From: an uncultured Candidatus Rokubacteria bacterium
GTDB lineage: Bacteria; Methylomirabilota; Methylomirabilia; Rokubacteriales; CSP1-6
DNA length: 64,000 nucleotides
Direction of reading: 5' to 3'
Assembly (NCBI GenBank): GCA_963758635.1
Contig: CAVWWD010000005.1
Location: 576,001 to 640,000 of the forward strand
Shown here piece after piece: positions 12,896 to 23,690 of the stretch. The notes under the pieces are model-generated. The model did no database searches. It saw only the letters and a list, made by a program, of their open reading frames with translations, and was not told the origin of the DNA. The position numbers and the translations under genes were made by a program. Within the stretch, counting starts at the first letter, position 1. Each line of letters starts with the position of its first letter.

Positions 12896-13881
12896 TCAGG
12901 CGGGGCGGACGGCGTCCGGACGGGGAGACGTTCGATGGCGACGAACGCGCCATCCCTCGACGCCGAGACCCCATCGCAGCGCCAACGCCACCGAGCCGTC
13001 AGGGGCGTCGAGCCGGAGCTTCACCACCCAGTGGGCGCCGAGGCGCGCGCAGGCCACCATGCGCGGCGCCGACAGGCGCTCGCCCCCGATCGTGTCGATC
13101 GCGTCGGGTCCCCACGCGGTCCCGCGCGGCGAGCCACGGCGCGGCCCCATCCAGCCCATCGGCGACGAGGGCGGCGACCATGGCGTCGACGGTAACGGTG
13201 AGCTCCTCCGGGATCGGCCAGCGCTCCCTGGGCGCTTCGAGCCGGACGAACTCCGCCGCGTCCCCGGCATCGCTCAGGCTCTCGGCGAACACGGGCGCCC
13301 CACCCGGCGCGGCGAGCTCGTCCCCGGTGACGCCGCGGGCCGTGGCGAGCAGACCGGCAAGGCGCGCGTGCCACGCCCGCGCCCGATCCTCGCGGGCGCC
13401 GTCCCGCGAGGAGGTGCCGGAGGACCAGCTCACCTGCCGCCACGTGGCGCCGCTCGTCATCGATGACCCGAGCGAGCACCCGTCGGGTCGGCGGCTCGTA
13501 CACCTCGTTGGCGAGGTCGAGGTGGCGCTGGTAGGTACCGAGCAGGTGCGGCTTCAGCACCCGGTACACGCCGACCAGCCGCTCCACCGTCTGGCCTGGT
13601 GCCTCCGGCTCCTCCACGACGTCCATGAACGCCACGAAGGCGGGATTCGAGGGCTCCGAGACCTGGGCCTGCGCGCGCAGCTCCGGCAACCGCTTGCCGA
13701 ATGCGTCGGCGTGCTGGGCGTTGTCCCACACGTGACGCCCCATGAGGAGCTTCGCGGACAGCTCGGGCGTGAGGGCAAGCCAGCCGCCGAGGATCCGCAT
13801 CATGCGCTCGGCGGCGTAGCGATAGTTGCGGATCACCCGCGCCGACTGGTCGACCGGGAAATGTCCGTCGAGAGGATACAT
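12896..13881 (-). CDS. ferritin-like protein with degenerate diiron motif and C-terminal extension (frameshifted)
   Basis: WDNAQH and DDERRH helices. Coding-like sequence continues through frames 12999-13460 and 12896-13270 to 5 nt before the biotin carboxylase start. Confidence 0.55.
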
Positions 13882-13934
13882 TCAGTCGTGGCCGAGGCGT
13901 GGGTGGCGAAGGGCTTCCGAGGCCATCGCGTGGG

Positions 13935-14690
13935 TCAGTACACCTGCGATCGCTGGGTGGTCTTGATCAGGCGCTGGATCTCCTCGTCGGTGAAGCCGCC
14001 GAGCTGACGGGCCTCGGTCGCGATCGAGATCAGCACCTGCTCGTGGTCGCCATCCTGGCGGACGCCGCCCAGGTTGAATCGCTCGTCGATGCTCTCCTGG
14101 AACTCGATGGCGCGGCGACGTCGCTCGGGATCACCCTCGGTCAGCTTGGTGAGCCACTTCGATCCCATCCGGACGTGCGTGATCTCGTCGGCGAGCACGA
14201 AGTCGACGGCGCGCTCGATGATCGGGTCGCCCATCTTGCGCGCGATGTGAACGAGCTGGTTGAAGACATCGCAGGCGAGCCCCTCGAGCCCGCGGTTCAC
14301 CCCCGCGACACGCGCGGCGGCGTCCTCGGCGCACGCGCATCGCCACAGGATCGTCGTCTCCGGGAACTCGCCCGGATAGCCGTCGAGGTGCTCGAGGAGC
14401 CGCAGGTAGATCTCGAGGTGGCGCGACTCGTCCCACACCTGCCGCGCCATGTCCATGGTGAACTCCCATGGCGCATCGGGGAAATCGCAGACTGTGCGCC
14501 CCGCGCCCTCCATGGCCTGCATCTCGCCGACCATGATTCCGTGCGCCCGCTCCTTGATGGACTCACGGCTCGAGAGGTCAGGGAACGGCGGCAGTCCCTG
14601 GTCGACCTTGACCTGGGCAACGTCGCGGGCCCGCATCCGGACGAAGCGGTCCTCGCGAGCCAGCTTGTCGTAGGCGATGGGACGTTCCAT
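13935..14690 (-). CDS. ferritin-like diiron protein (DUF455-like)
   Basis: E..A, DESRH, LEG.A.D and DEITHV..G.KW give the E/ExxH/E/ExxH ligand pattern. Confidence 0.8.
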   Translation of the reverse strand: MERPIAYDKLAREDRFVRMRARDVAQVKVDQGLPPFPDLSSRESIKERAHGIMVGEMQAMEGAGRTVCDFPDAPWEFTMDMARQVWDESRHLEIYLRLLEHLDGYPGEFPETTILWRCACAEDAAARVAGVNRGLEGLACDVFNQLVHIARKMGDPIIERAVDFVLADEITHVRMGSKWLTKLTEGDPERRRRAIEFQESIDERFNLGGVRQDGDHEQVLISIATEARQLGGFTDEEIQRLIKTTQRSQVY

Positions 14691-14738
14691 GGCTCCCTCC
14701 AGTGGCTCGGGACCGGCGCGGGCCCGACAGATCGCAAA

Positions 14739-14756
14739 ACTGAACCGCGGTTCAGT
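14739..14756. promoter_or_regulatory. perfect 18-bp palindromic operator candidate
   Basis: ACTGAACCGCGGTTCAGT, about 50 bp upstream of the ferritin-like gene. Confidence 0.65.
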
Positions 14757-14808
14757 CAGTCTAGCCGAAGGTCAGGGACAAGGCAACGGGCCCGGCGCCG
14801 GCGCCGCC

Positions 14809-15996
14809 TCAGCGGCGGCGATGCTTCCTGTCGGCGAGGCTCGCGGGGCGCACCGTCCCCGCCCCGAACCGTTCCGCGATCCGGTCCACCGCCCGGGCGA
14901 CCTGCTCCCGGCGCACCGCGCCGGCGTCGAGGAGCGACAGCTGCCCCTGCCCCGCCGGGCCGAGCCCGGACACCGACAGGCCAATCAGCCGGACCGGCAT
15001 CACCAGCTCGACGCGATCGAGGAGCGCGCGGGCCTCCGCGTAGATGCGAAGTCCGTCCTGGGTGGGCTCGATGGAGTGGCGCCGGGTGATCGTGGAGAAG
15101 TCGCTGAAGCGAAGCTTCAGGGTCACGGAGCGCCCGGCATAGCCCTCGCCGCGGAGCTCGCGGGCGACACGCTCGGCCTGCTCGCGGAGGGTCGCCTGCA
15201 GGCGCGCGAGGTCCCGATGATCTGTGCCGAAGGTCTCCTCGGCGCCCATCGACTTGGGCGGCGCGAAGGGCTCCACCGGACGGTCGTCGCGCCCCTCGGC
15301 GAGGGCGATCAGCCCCGCGGCGCCCGGGCCGAAGCGGGCCGTCAGGGCCGGGACGGGTGTCCTTGCAAGCTGGCCGATCGTTCGGATGCCCATCCCCTCG
15401 AGCTGGGTCCCGGTGACGCGGCCGACACCCCAGAGGCGGCCGATGGGCAGCGGCGAGAGGAAACCGGCCTCGTCCCCGGGCCGGACGACCACGAGCCCGT
15501 CGGGCTTCTCCAGGTCGGATGCGACCTTCGCGACGAACTTGTTCGACGCGACCCCGACCGACGCCGGCAGGCTCATCTCGTCGCGGATCCGGGCTTTGAC
15601 GCGCACGGCGATCGCACGCCCGGATCCGAACAGCCGGCGGCTCCCCGTCACGTCCAGGAAGGCCTCGTCGATCGACACGGGCTCGACCAGCGGCGTGAAC
15701 TCCGCAAGGATCGCCATGATCTGGCGGGACACGGCGGCGTACAGGTCGTGATCGACGGGACGGAACGCCGCGTGGGGGCACAGGCGCGCGGCACGGCCGA
15801 TCGGCATCGCCGAGTGCACGCCGAAGCGTCGCGCCTCGTACGAGGCGGCGGACACGACGCCCCGCCCCCCTGGATCGGCGCCGACGATGACGGGCCGGCC
15901 GCGGAGCTCGGGATGGTCGCGCTGCTCCACGGACGCGTAGAACGCGTCCATGTCGACGTGGATGACGGTCCGGATCTGCGTCGCGGATCCGGGCAT
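14809..15996 (-). CDS. dinB: DNA polymerase IV
   Basis: HVDMDAFYASVE, SYEAR.FGV, SIDEAFLD and NKFVAK.AS. Confidence 0.97.
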   Translation of the reverse strand: MPGSATQIRTVIHVDMDAFYASVEQRDHPELRGRPVIVGADPGGRGVVSAASYEARRFGVHSAMPIGRAARLCPHAAFRPVDHDLYAAVSRQIMAILAEFTPLVEPVSIDEAFLDVTGSRRLFGSGRAIAVRVKARIRDEMSLPASVGVASNKFVAKVASDLEKPDGLVVVRPGDEAGFLSPLPIGRLWGVGRVTGTQLEGMGIRTIGQLARTPVPALTARFGPGAAGLIALAEGRDDRPVEPFAPPKSMGAEETFGTDHRDLARLQATLREQAERVARELRGEGYAGRSVTLKLRFSDFSTITRRHSIEPTQDGLRIYAEARALLDRVELVMPVRLIGLSVSGLGPAGQGQLSLLDAGAVRREQVARAVDRIAERFGAGTVRPASLADRKHRRR

Positions 15997-16004
15997 GGAG
16001 AGGG

Positions 16005-16574
16005 CTACGCGGCCGGGCCCCCGAGGCCGATCTGCGGGGCGACGCCGGTGAGGGCGCCGATGACGAAGGCGAGGTGCGCCTCGAGCGGCACCCCCAGCTC
16101 TTCGGCGCCGCGGTACACGTCGGCCCGGTTCACCGTGCGCGCGAAGCCCTTGTCCTTGAGCTTCTTCACGACCGAGGCTGGCTCGAGGCCGGCGATGGCG
16201 CGGCCGGGCCGGACGAGCGCGCAGGCGGTCACGAACCCGGCCGGCTCATCGCAGGCGTACAGCGCCCGGTCGAGGAGAGACGCGCGCGGGCACCCTGAGT
16301 AGTCGGCGTGCGCGAGGATCGCGTACACGATCTCGCGGGAGACGCCGCGGCTCAGGAGGATCTCCGCGCCCTTCAGCGGGTGACGGGGCGCCGTGGGATG
16401 CATCTCGTAGTCGAAGTCGTGCAGGATTCCCGCGACGCCCCACGCCTCGGGGTCGGCGCCCGAGCGCTCGGCGTAGGCGCGCATCGCCGCCTCCACGGCC
16501 AGGGCGTGCTTGCGGAGGCTGTCGGACAGCGTGAACTCGGTGAGGATCCGCCACGCGCGCTCCCTGTCGATCAT
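16005..16574 (-). CDS. HD/HDIG domain metal-dependent phosphohydrolase
   Basis: KHALAVEA.M, GILHDFD and ACDE. Confidence 0.9.
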   Translation of the reverse strand: MIDRERAWRILTEFTLSDSLRKHALAVEAAMRAYAERSGADPEAWGVAGILHDFDYEMHPTAPRHPLKGAEILLSRGVSREIVYAILAHADYSGCPRASLLDRALYACDEPAGFVTACALVRPGRAIAGLEPASVVKKLKDKGFARTVNRADVYRGAEELGVPLEAHLAFVIGALTGVAPQIGLGGPAA

Positions 16575-16587
16575 GGACCCCGTCGTC

Positions 16588-17241
16588 CTACGAGCGTACG
16601 GACTGGCGCAGGGCCTCGAGCTCCTGCTCGAGCGACTGGATGCGATCCATCAGGTGCTCGACGGCGCGGGCGAGCGGATCTGGCAAGTCCACCTGGTTCA
16701 GGTCGATCTCCCCCGTCACGCGTTGGCCGTCACGGAAGGTCACCCGGCCCGGCACGCCGACCACGACCGAGTTGGCGGGCACCTCCCGCACCACCACCGA
16801 GCCTGCGCCGATCCGGCTGCCCTCGCCGATCGTGAAGGACCCGAGGACCTTGGCGCCCGCCCCGACCACGACGTTGTCGCCCAGGGTCGGGTGCCGCTTC
16901 TCGCGGCGAAGGCTCGTGCCACCGAGCGTCACGCCCTGAAGGAGGGTCACGTTCTCCCCGATCTCGGCGGTCTCGCCGATGACCACGCCCATCCCGTGAT
17001 CGATGAAGAGACCGTCGCCGAGCTTGGCCGCGGGGTGGATCTCGACGCCAGTGATGAACCGGTTCAGATGGGAGAGGAGCCGCGCCGGCGTCGCCCACCC
17101 TGACTGCCAGAGCCGGTGGGCCACTCGGTGGAACCAGATCGCGTGGACACCCGGGTAGCACATGACCACCTCGAGCGCCGACCGTGCCGCGGGGTCACGC
17201 TCGAGGACGGTTCGCACGTCCCGCTTCATGCGTTCAAACAC
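16588..17241 (-). CDS. cysE: serine O-acetyltransferase
   Basis: [32 protein letters not shown] and KRHPT. Confidence 0.97.
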   Translation of the reverse strand: MFERMKRDVRTVLERDPAARSALEVVMCYPGVHAIWFHRVAHRLWQSGWATPARLLSHLNRFITGVEIHPAAKLGDGLFIDHGMGVVIGETAEIGENVTLLQGVTLGGTSLRREKRHPTLGDNVVVGAGAKVLGSFTIGEGSRIGAGSVVVREVPANSVVVGVPGRVTFRDGQRVTGEIDLNQVDLPDPLARAVEHLMDRIQSLEQELEALRQSVRS

Positions 17242-17647
17242 GGCTTGCTCCTCCCTCGTCGTTGGTGGCGCGCCCGGCTTCCGCCCGTACGCGCCCGTCC
17301 CGAGCCGCAGCCCGGATGGCCGCGCTCACCACCTCGGCGGCGTGTCGACGGTCGTCGGGCAGGCCGCCCACCGCGGCCTCGACGCGGCCCGCGGGCAACT
17401 CCTCGACCTCGGACAGCGGTAGGCCCGCGATCAGCTCCGTACCCGCGCTCGACGTCGCGATGGTGGGGCCGCACCCGTAGGTCTGGAATCGCGCCTCCTC
17501 CACTCGCCCTCCGCGGATGCGGAGGTACACACGGGCCAGATCCATGCAGTCCCGATCCTCGGCCTCGCCGACGCCATCCGGGTTCCGCATCATCCCCGCG
17601 TTGCGGGGATTGCGAAAGTGATCGATGAGCGTCTGGCTGTAGCGCAC
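17234..17647 (-). CDS. IscU/NifU-N-like protein lacking the third Cys
   Basis: YS...IDHF.NPRN.G, C.D and F.TYGCG; LPPVKIHC replaced by LPDDRRHA. Confidence 0.85.
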   Translation of the reverse strand: MRYSQTLIDHFRNPRNAGMMRNPDGVGEAEDRDCMDLARVYLRIRGGRVEEARFQTYGCGPTIATSSAGTELIAGLPLSEVEELPAGRVEAAVGGLPDDRRHAAEVVSAAIRAAARDGRVRAEAGRATNDEGGASRV

Positions 17648-17650
17648 TAG

Positions 17651-17728
17651 TGAGCCCCGCGCATCAGACGAATGCCGAGCGGTGGGACTGTAGAGGCCCG
17701 TGGCGGTTACCGTACCCTGCGAGGGTCA
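17651..17728 (+). mobile_element. MITE-like repeat, copy 3
   Basis: Perfect CTAG on both sides (17647-50 and 17729-32); lies between the desulfurase stop and the IscU-like start. Confidence 0.88.
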
Positions 17729-18883
17729 CTAGGCCCGCACGGGCGACGCGCTCCGGAGCTTGGCCACGAGCGTCTCCACGGCGTCGACCACGTAGTCGAT
17801 GTCCTCGACGCTGGTGCCCCGGCCGAGGGAGCACCGGACCGCCCCCATCGCCCACGGGATGGGGATGCCCATCGCCACCAGCACGTACGAGGGCTCCACG
17901 TTCCCCGAGGTGCAGGCCGACCCGGCCGACACTCCGATTCCCTTCAGATCCAGCCCGAGAACGACCGATTCGGACTCCACCCGGTGGAAGGACATGTTGC
18001 ACGTGCCGGGCAGGCGATGCGTGGGGTGCCCGTTCACCCGCACCTCGGGCACGTGGGCGCTGACGCCCTCCCAGAGGCGGTCACGGAGGCCGGTGAGCCG
18101 CACCGCCTCGGCGGCCATGTCGCGGGCGCGGACCTCGACCGCCTTGCCGAAGCCCACGACCCCCGCCACGTTCTCGGTGCCGGCGCGGCGCCGGCGCTCG
18201 TGCTCCCCGCCGTGCTGGACCGACACCATCTTCGTGCCCCGGCGCACGTAGAGACCCGCCACGCCTTTGGGCCCGTAGATCTTGTGGCTGGAGAACGACA
18301 GGAGGTCGATGCCGAGCGCGTCCAGGTCCAGCGGGAGCTTGCCGAACGTCTGAACGGCATCCACGTGGAAGGGAATCCCGTGCTCGCGCGCGACGCGCCC
18401 GATCTCCGCGACGGGCTGGACCGTGCCGACCTCGGAGTTCGCGTGCATGACCGTCACGAGGATCGTCTCCGGCCGGACCGCGCGCCGGACGTCGTCGGGA
18501 TCGACGAGGCCGTGGCCATCCACGGGTAGGTACGTCACCGTGAAGCCCTGTTGTTCGAGCGCCTGGCAGGCGCGGAGCACCGCATGGTGCTCGATGGCGG
18601 AGGTCACGATGTGCCCTCCACGTCGGGCGGTGGCCACGCCCTTGACGGCGAGGTTGTCCGACTCGGTGCCGCCGGACGTGAAGACGATCTCCTCCTTGCT
18701 CACGCGCAGGAACGACGCGATCTGCTCGCGCGCCGCGTCCAGGCCCTCACGCGCCTCGCGGCCGAAGCCGTGGACGCTCGAGGGGTTGCCGAAGCGTTCG
18801 GTGAGATACGGAAGCATCGCGTCCAGCGCCTCGGGGTGCAGGGGCGTCGATGCGTTGTGATCGAGATAGACTCGTCGGCTCAT
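17729..18883 (-). CDS. group I cysteine desulfurase (NifS/IscS-type), catalytic residues intact
   Basis: YLDHNASTP, EHHA, DAVQ, SSHKIYGPKG, RAGTEN and SAGSACTS. Confidence 0.95.
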   Translation of the reverse strand: MSRRVYLDHNASTPLHPEALDAMLPYLTERFGNPSSVHGFGREAREGLDAAREQIASFLRVSKEEIVFTSGGTESDNLAVKGVATARRGGHIVTSAIEHHAVLRACQALEQQGFTVTYLPVDGHGLVDPDDVRRAVRPETILVTVMHANSEVGTVQPVAEIGRVAREHGIPFHVDAVQTFGKLPLDLDALGIDLLSFSSHKIYGPKGVAGLYVRRGTKMVSVQHGGEHERRRRAGTENVAGVVGFGKAVEVRARDMAAEAVRLTGLRDRLWEGVSAHVPEVRVNGHPTHRLPGTCNMSFHRVESESVVLGLDLKGIGVSAGSACTSGNVEPSYVLVAMGIPIPWAMGAVRCSLGRGTSVEDIDYVVDAVETLVAKLRSASPVRA

Positions 18884-18921
18884 TGACCTCGTCCTCCTCG
18901 CGATGCTACGCTGACGCCGGC

Positions 18922-19239
18922 ATGACGCTCGCCGGACGCAAGCTCGGACTGATGCTCTCCACCGCGCCCGAGCACGCCAACCTCGCCACCGCCGTCGGCC
19001 TCTCCTCCGCGGCCCTCGATCGCGGCCTCTCCGTGTACCTGTACCTGATCGACGATGCGGTCGCCGCCGTCGAGCACCCCCTCGTGCAGGGGCTGGCCGA
19101 CCGCGGCGCCAGGCTCTTCGTGTGCGCCTACGGCTGCCAGAAGCGCCGGCGGCCGCTGTCCGACCGGGCCACGAACTGCGGCCTCGTCGTGCTCGGCGAC
19201 GTGATCAGCGGAACGGACCGCTTCCTCTCCCTCAACTGA
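18922..19239 (+). CDS. DsrE/TusD-like sulfur relay protein
   Basis: Size about 105 aa; LYLIDDAV, LFVCAYGC..R (active-site-type Cys) and GL..L...I...DRF. Confidence 0.75.
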   Translation: MTLAGRKLGLMLSTAPEHANLATAVGLSSAALDRGLSVYLYLIDDAVAAVEHPLVQGLADRGARLFVCAYGCQKRRRPLSDRATNCGLVVLGDVISGTDRFLSLN

Positions 19240-19249
19240 CGGCCGCCGC

Positions 19250-19606
19250 GTGGCCGCCAGCCCCTCGGTGCTCGTGATCGTCTCGGAGGATCCGCGCGTG
19301 TCCCACCGCGCGAGCGAGGCGCTCAGGATCGCGCTCGGCGTCGCGGCCAGCGACATCGACGTCGTCGTGGTGCTGAGCGGGCCCGCCGCGCACCTGCTCG
19401 ATGCCGACACCGACGATCTGGTGGACGGCGACGACATCGCGAAGGTCCGCGGCTCCCTCCGCACGATGGGGGTCCGCATCCACGTCGCCGCGGACGCCAT
19501 CCCGGCCGACCCCGACTGGAATGCCGAAGGGCATCCCGTCACTCCGGTGGGCCCCGCGGACGTGGCCGCGCTCCTCGAGCGAACCACGCGCTCGATCGTG
19601 TTCTGA
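19250..19606 (+). CDS. DsrF/TusC-like protein
   Basis: DP..S.RA.EALRIALG motif; middle gene of the trio. Confidence 0.65.
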   Translation: MAASPSVLVIVSEDPRVSHRASEALRIALGVAASDIDVVVVLSGPAAHLLDADTDDLVDGDDIAKVRGSLRTMGVRIHVAADAIPADPDWNAEGHPVTPVGPADVAALLERTTRSIVF

Positions 19607-19836
19607 TGCCCCGCCACCTGCACCTCCTCCGGTCCGACTCGGCCGGCGTCGCCGGCCCGGCGATCGAGGCCGGCGCGGCACGGCCGGACACCGAGATCAC
19701 CGTGGTGCTGCTCGACGACGCCCCGCCGCCCCGCCTCCCCGCGGCCGCCCGCGTGCTCACCCTCGGGGCGGGCGGCCTCGACTACGCGGCGCTCCTCGAC
19801 CTCATCTTCCAGAGCGACCACGTCGTCAGCTGGTGA
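19606..19836 (+). CDS. DsrH/TusB-like protein
   Basis: N-terminal LHLL and C-terminal LDYAALLDLI...DHVVSW typical of DsrH/TusB. Confidence 0.65.
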   Translation: MPRHLHLLRSDSAGVAGPAIEAGAARPDTEITVVLLDDAPPPRLPAAARVLTLGAGGLDYAALLDLIFQSDHVVSW

Positions 19837-19847
19837 GGCCGAGCCTC

Positions 19848-20048
19848 TCACCGGTCCCGGTGCTCCTCGACCCACCGCATCTGGATCGCCTCGAGGATCC
19901 CCTCGTTCGAGGCCTTGGGATCGTCGTTGAAGCCGGGGAGCTCGGTCACCCACCGGTGCAGGTCCGTGAAGCGCACGCCGAGGGGATCCGTGTCCGGGAA
20001 CGTCTCCATCAGGGCGATCGCGATGTCCTCGGCGTCCGACCATCTCAT
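19848..20048 (-). CDS. iscX: Fe-S assembly protein IscX
   Basis: W.D..DIAI.L, DP..VRFTDL, DDP..SNE.ILEAIQ..W. Confidence 0.95.
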   Translation of the reverse strand: MRWSDAEDIAIALMETFPDTDPLGVRFTDLHRWVTELPGFNDDPKASNEGILEAIQMRWVEEHRDR

Positions 20049-20061
20049 GGCGCGGGCTCCC

Positions 20062-20384
20062 TCACTTCGGAATCTCGACCACGACGTCGCCCTTGACCAC
20101 GGCCTGGCAGCCGAGCCGCGAGTGCAGCGTCAGGCCTTCCGCGGTGTCGAGGCGATCCTCCTCGTCCGGCTCCATCGGCGACAGGTTCGCCTCCCCTTCC
20201 CGGACGATCACGTGGCACGTCGTGCACGCGCAGCTGCCGCCGCAGTTGTGCTCGAGGTGGATGTCGTTGGCCAGGGCGATGTCGAGCAGCGAGCCCGGAC
20301 GCCCGTGGTCGGCGAGGGGGTAGGCGTCCTCGTCCACCTCGACGGTCACGTTGAGCGGCAGGAAGGTCACCCGATGCCTGGCCA

Positions 20385-20388
<4 letters not shown>
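20062..20388 (-). CDS. fdx: ISC [2Fe-2S] ferredoxin
   Basis: EH.CGGSCACTTCHV...SRLGCQ. Confidence 0.95.
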
Positions 20389-22188
<1,800 letters not shown>

Positions 22189-22211
<23 letters not shown>

Positions 22212-22779
22212 GCGTGTCCGTGTCCTCTCCCAGGGCTTCACCCAGGTCGTCGATCACCGTGCGCAGATAGGCGCGCGCGGCGAGCCGGGCCGTGAACCAC
22301 TCGAGGAGCGCGGATCGGTCGCCGGGCGCCGCCCGGTCCCACTCCGCGAAGCGCCCCACGATCGACCGATCCTCCCGTTCCCGCCACTCCACGAGGCGCC
22401 GGCGTTCGGCCTCGAGCCGCGCCCGCGTCTCGCCGTCGAGCCCGCCGGCCTTCGCCTCGAGCAGCGCTTCCTGGATCTCCATCATCTCCTCCAGGAGCTC
22501 CCGCGGCGCTCGCGGCTTCGCCTCCGCGCCCTCGCGCGTGTCCCGGCCCTCCTCGAGGCGGATCAGGTAGTCCACCCGGGCGAGCGGGTCACGCAGGGCG
22601 CGATAGGCCCGGTTCACCGCCGCGGACGCGTTCAAGGCCTGGGCCTGCGCGTCGGCCGGGGCCGCCTGATGGAAGTCCGGGTGGTGCGCGCGCGACAGCT
22701 CGTAGAAGCGCCGCTGCAGCGCGGCAGCGTCCACCTCGAGCTTCCGCGGAAGGCCGAACACCGAGAAGTAGTCGTCCAT
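22189..22779 (-). CDS. hscB: Fe-S assembly J-domain co-chaperone
   Basis: DYF..F.LP, HPD and N.AY..L.DP..R..Y. Confidence 0.93.
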
Positions 22780-22889
22780 ATCGTCACTGTCGGTCGGGCA
22801 GCCGCGCCCGAAATGAGAACGGGCCCGCCGGGGCCCGTCTCACAACTCTGGGGTCTGGCTCTCGCCCGACGCGCTACGCCACCCCCGTC

Positions 22890-23216
22890 CTACGCCGTGA
22901 ACGAGGTTCCACAGCCGCACGTCGATTTCGCCTGGGGGTTGACGAAGGTGAAGCCCCCCGTCAGCCCCTCCGTCACGTAGTCGAGCGTGATGCCGTTCAG
23001 GTAGAGGTAGCTCTTGGCGTCGCAGACCACAGGGACGCCATCGATCTCGAACTTCTTGTCGTGCTTGCCGACCTCGCTATCGAACTCCAGCGAGTACGAC
23101 AGGCCGGAGCAGCCTCCGCCCTTCACACCCATTCGAAGATAAACGTTCTCCAGGTTCTGCTCCTTGAGGAGCTTTCTCACCTGGGTCGCCGCCTTCTCCG
23201 TCAACGCCAGCGCCAT
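22890..23216 (-). CDS. iscA: A-type Fe-S carrier
   Basis: GGGCSGLSY and NP.AKSTCGCG.SF. Confidence 0.95.
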   Translation of the reverse strand: MALALTEKAATQVRKLLKEQNLENVYLRMGVKGGGCSGLSYSLEFDSEVGKHDKKFEIDGVPVVCDAKSYLYLNGITLDYVTEGLTGGFTFVNPQAKSTCGCGTSFTA

Positions 23217-23244
23217 GTCGTTTTACCTCCCCGTTCGCTGCGTC

Positions 23245-23667
23245 CTAGGCTTGGGATGGCGCCGCGCCCGAGGGCGCTTCCGACGCCGTCCACTTGTCCT
23301 TGTAGTCGGCGAGGGCAGCCTTGATCGCGTCCTCGGCGAGCACGGAGCAGTGGATCTTCACCGGCGGAAGCTTCAGCTCGCTGACGATGTCGGTGTTCTT
23401 GATCTTCGCCGCCTCGTCCACCGTGCGGCCCTTCAGCCACTCCGTGGCGAGGCTCGATGAGGCGATGGCGCTGCCGCAGCCGAACGTCTTGAACTTCGCG
23501 TCCTCGATGACCCCCGTCTCGATGTTCACCTTGATCTGGAGCTTCATGACGTTGCCGCACTCCGGCGCACCCACCAGCCCCGTCCCCACGCCCGGGGTGC
23601 TCTTGTCGAACGACCCGACGTTGCGGGGGTTGCTGTAGTGATCGACCACCTTCTCGCTGTAGGACAT
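23245..23667 (-). CDS. iscU: Fe-S scaffold IscU (Asp39->Asn variant)
   Basis: YSEKVVDHY.NPRN, GAPECGNVM, FGCGSAIASS and LPPVKIHCS. Confidence 0.97.
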   Translation of the reverse strand: MSYSEKVVDHYSNPRNVGSFDKSTPGVGTGLVGAPECGNVMKLQIKVNIETGVIEDAKFKTFGCGSAIASSSLATEWLKGRTVDEAAKIKNTDIVSELKLPPVKIHCSVLAEDAIKAALADYKDKWTASEAPSGAAPSQA

Positions 23668-23690
23668 GTTGGCTCGCCTCCCCGTCGCCG

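Noticed and set aside
19237..19239. TGA ending the DsrE-like gene as selenocysteine
   Set aside because: It falls at the normal C-terminus, not at a catalytic position, and the next gene starts 10 nt later in another frame.
18922..19836. DsrEFH as evidence of dissimilatory sulfur oxidation
   Set aside because: No dsrAB, dsrC or dsrMKJOP in the window; the context is Fe-S and cysteine metabolism.
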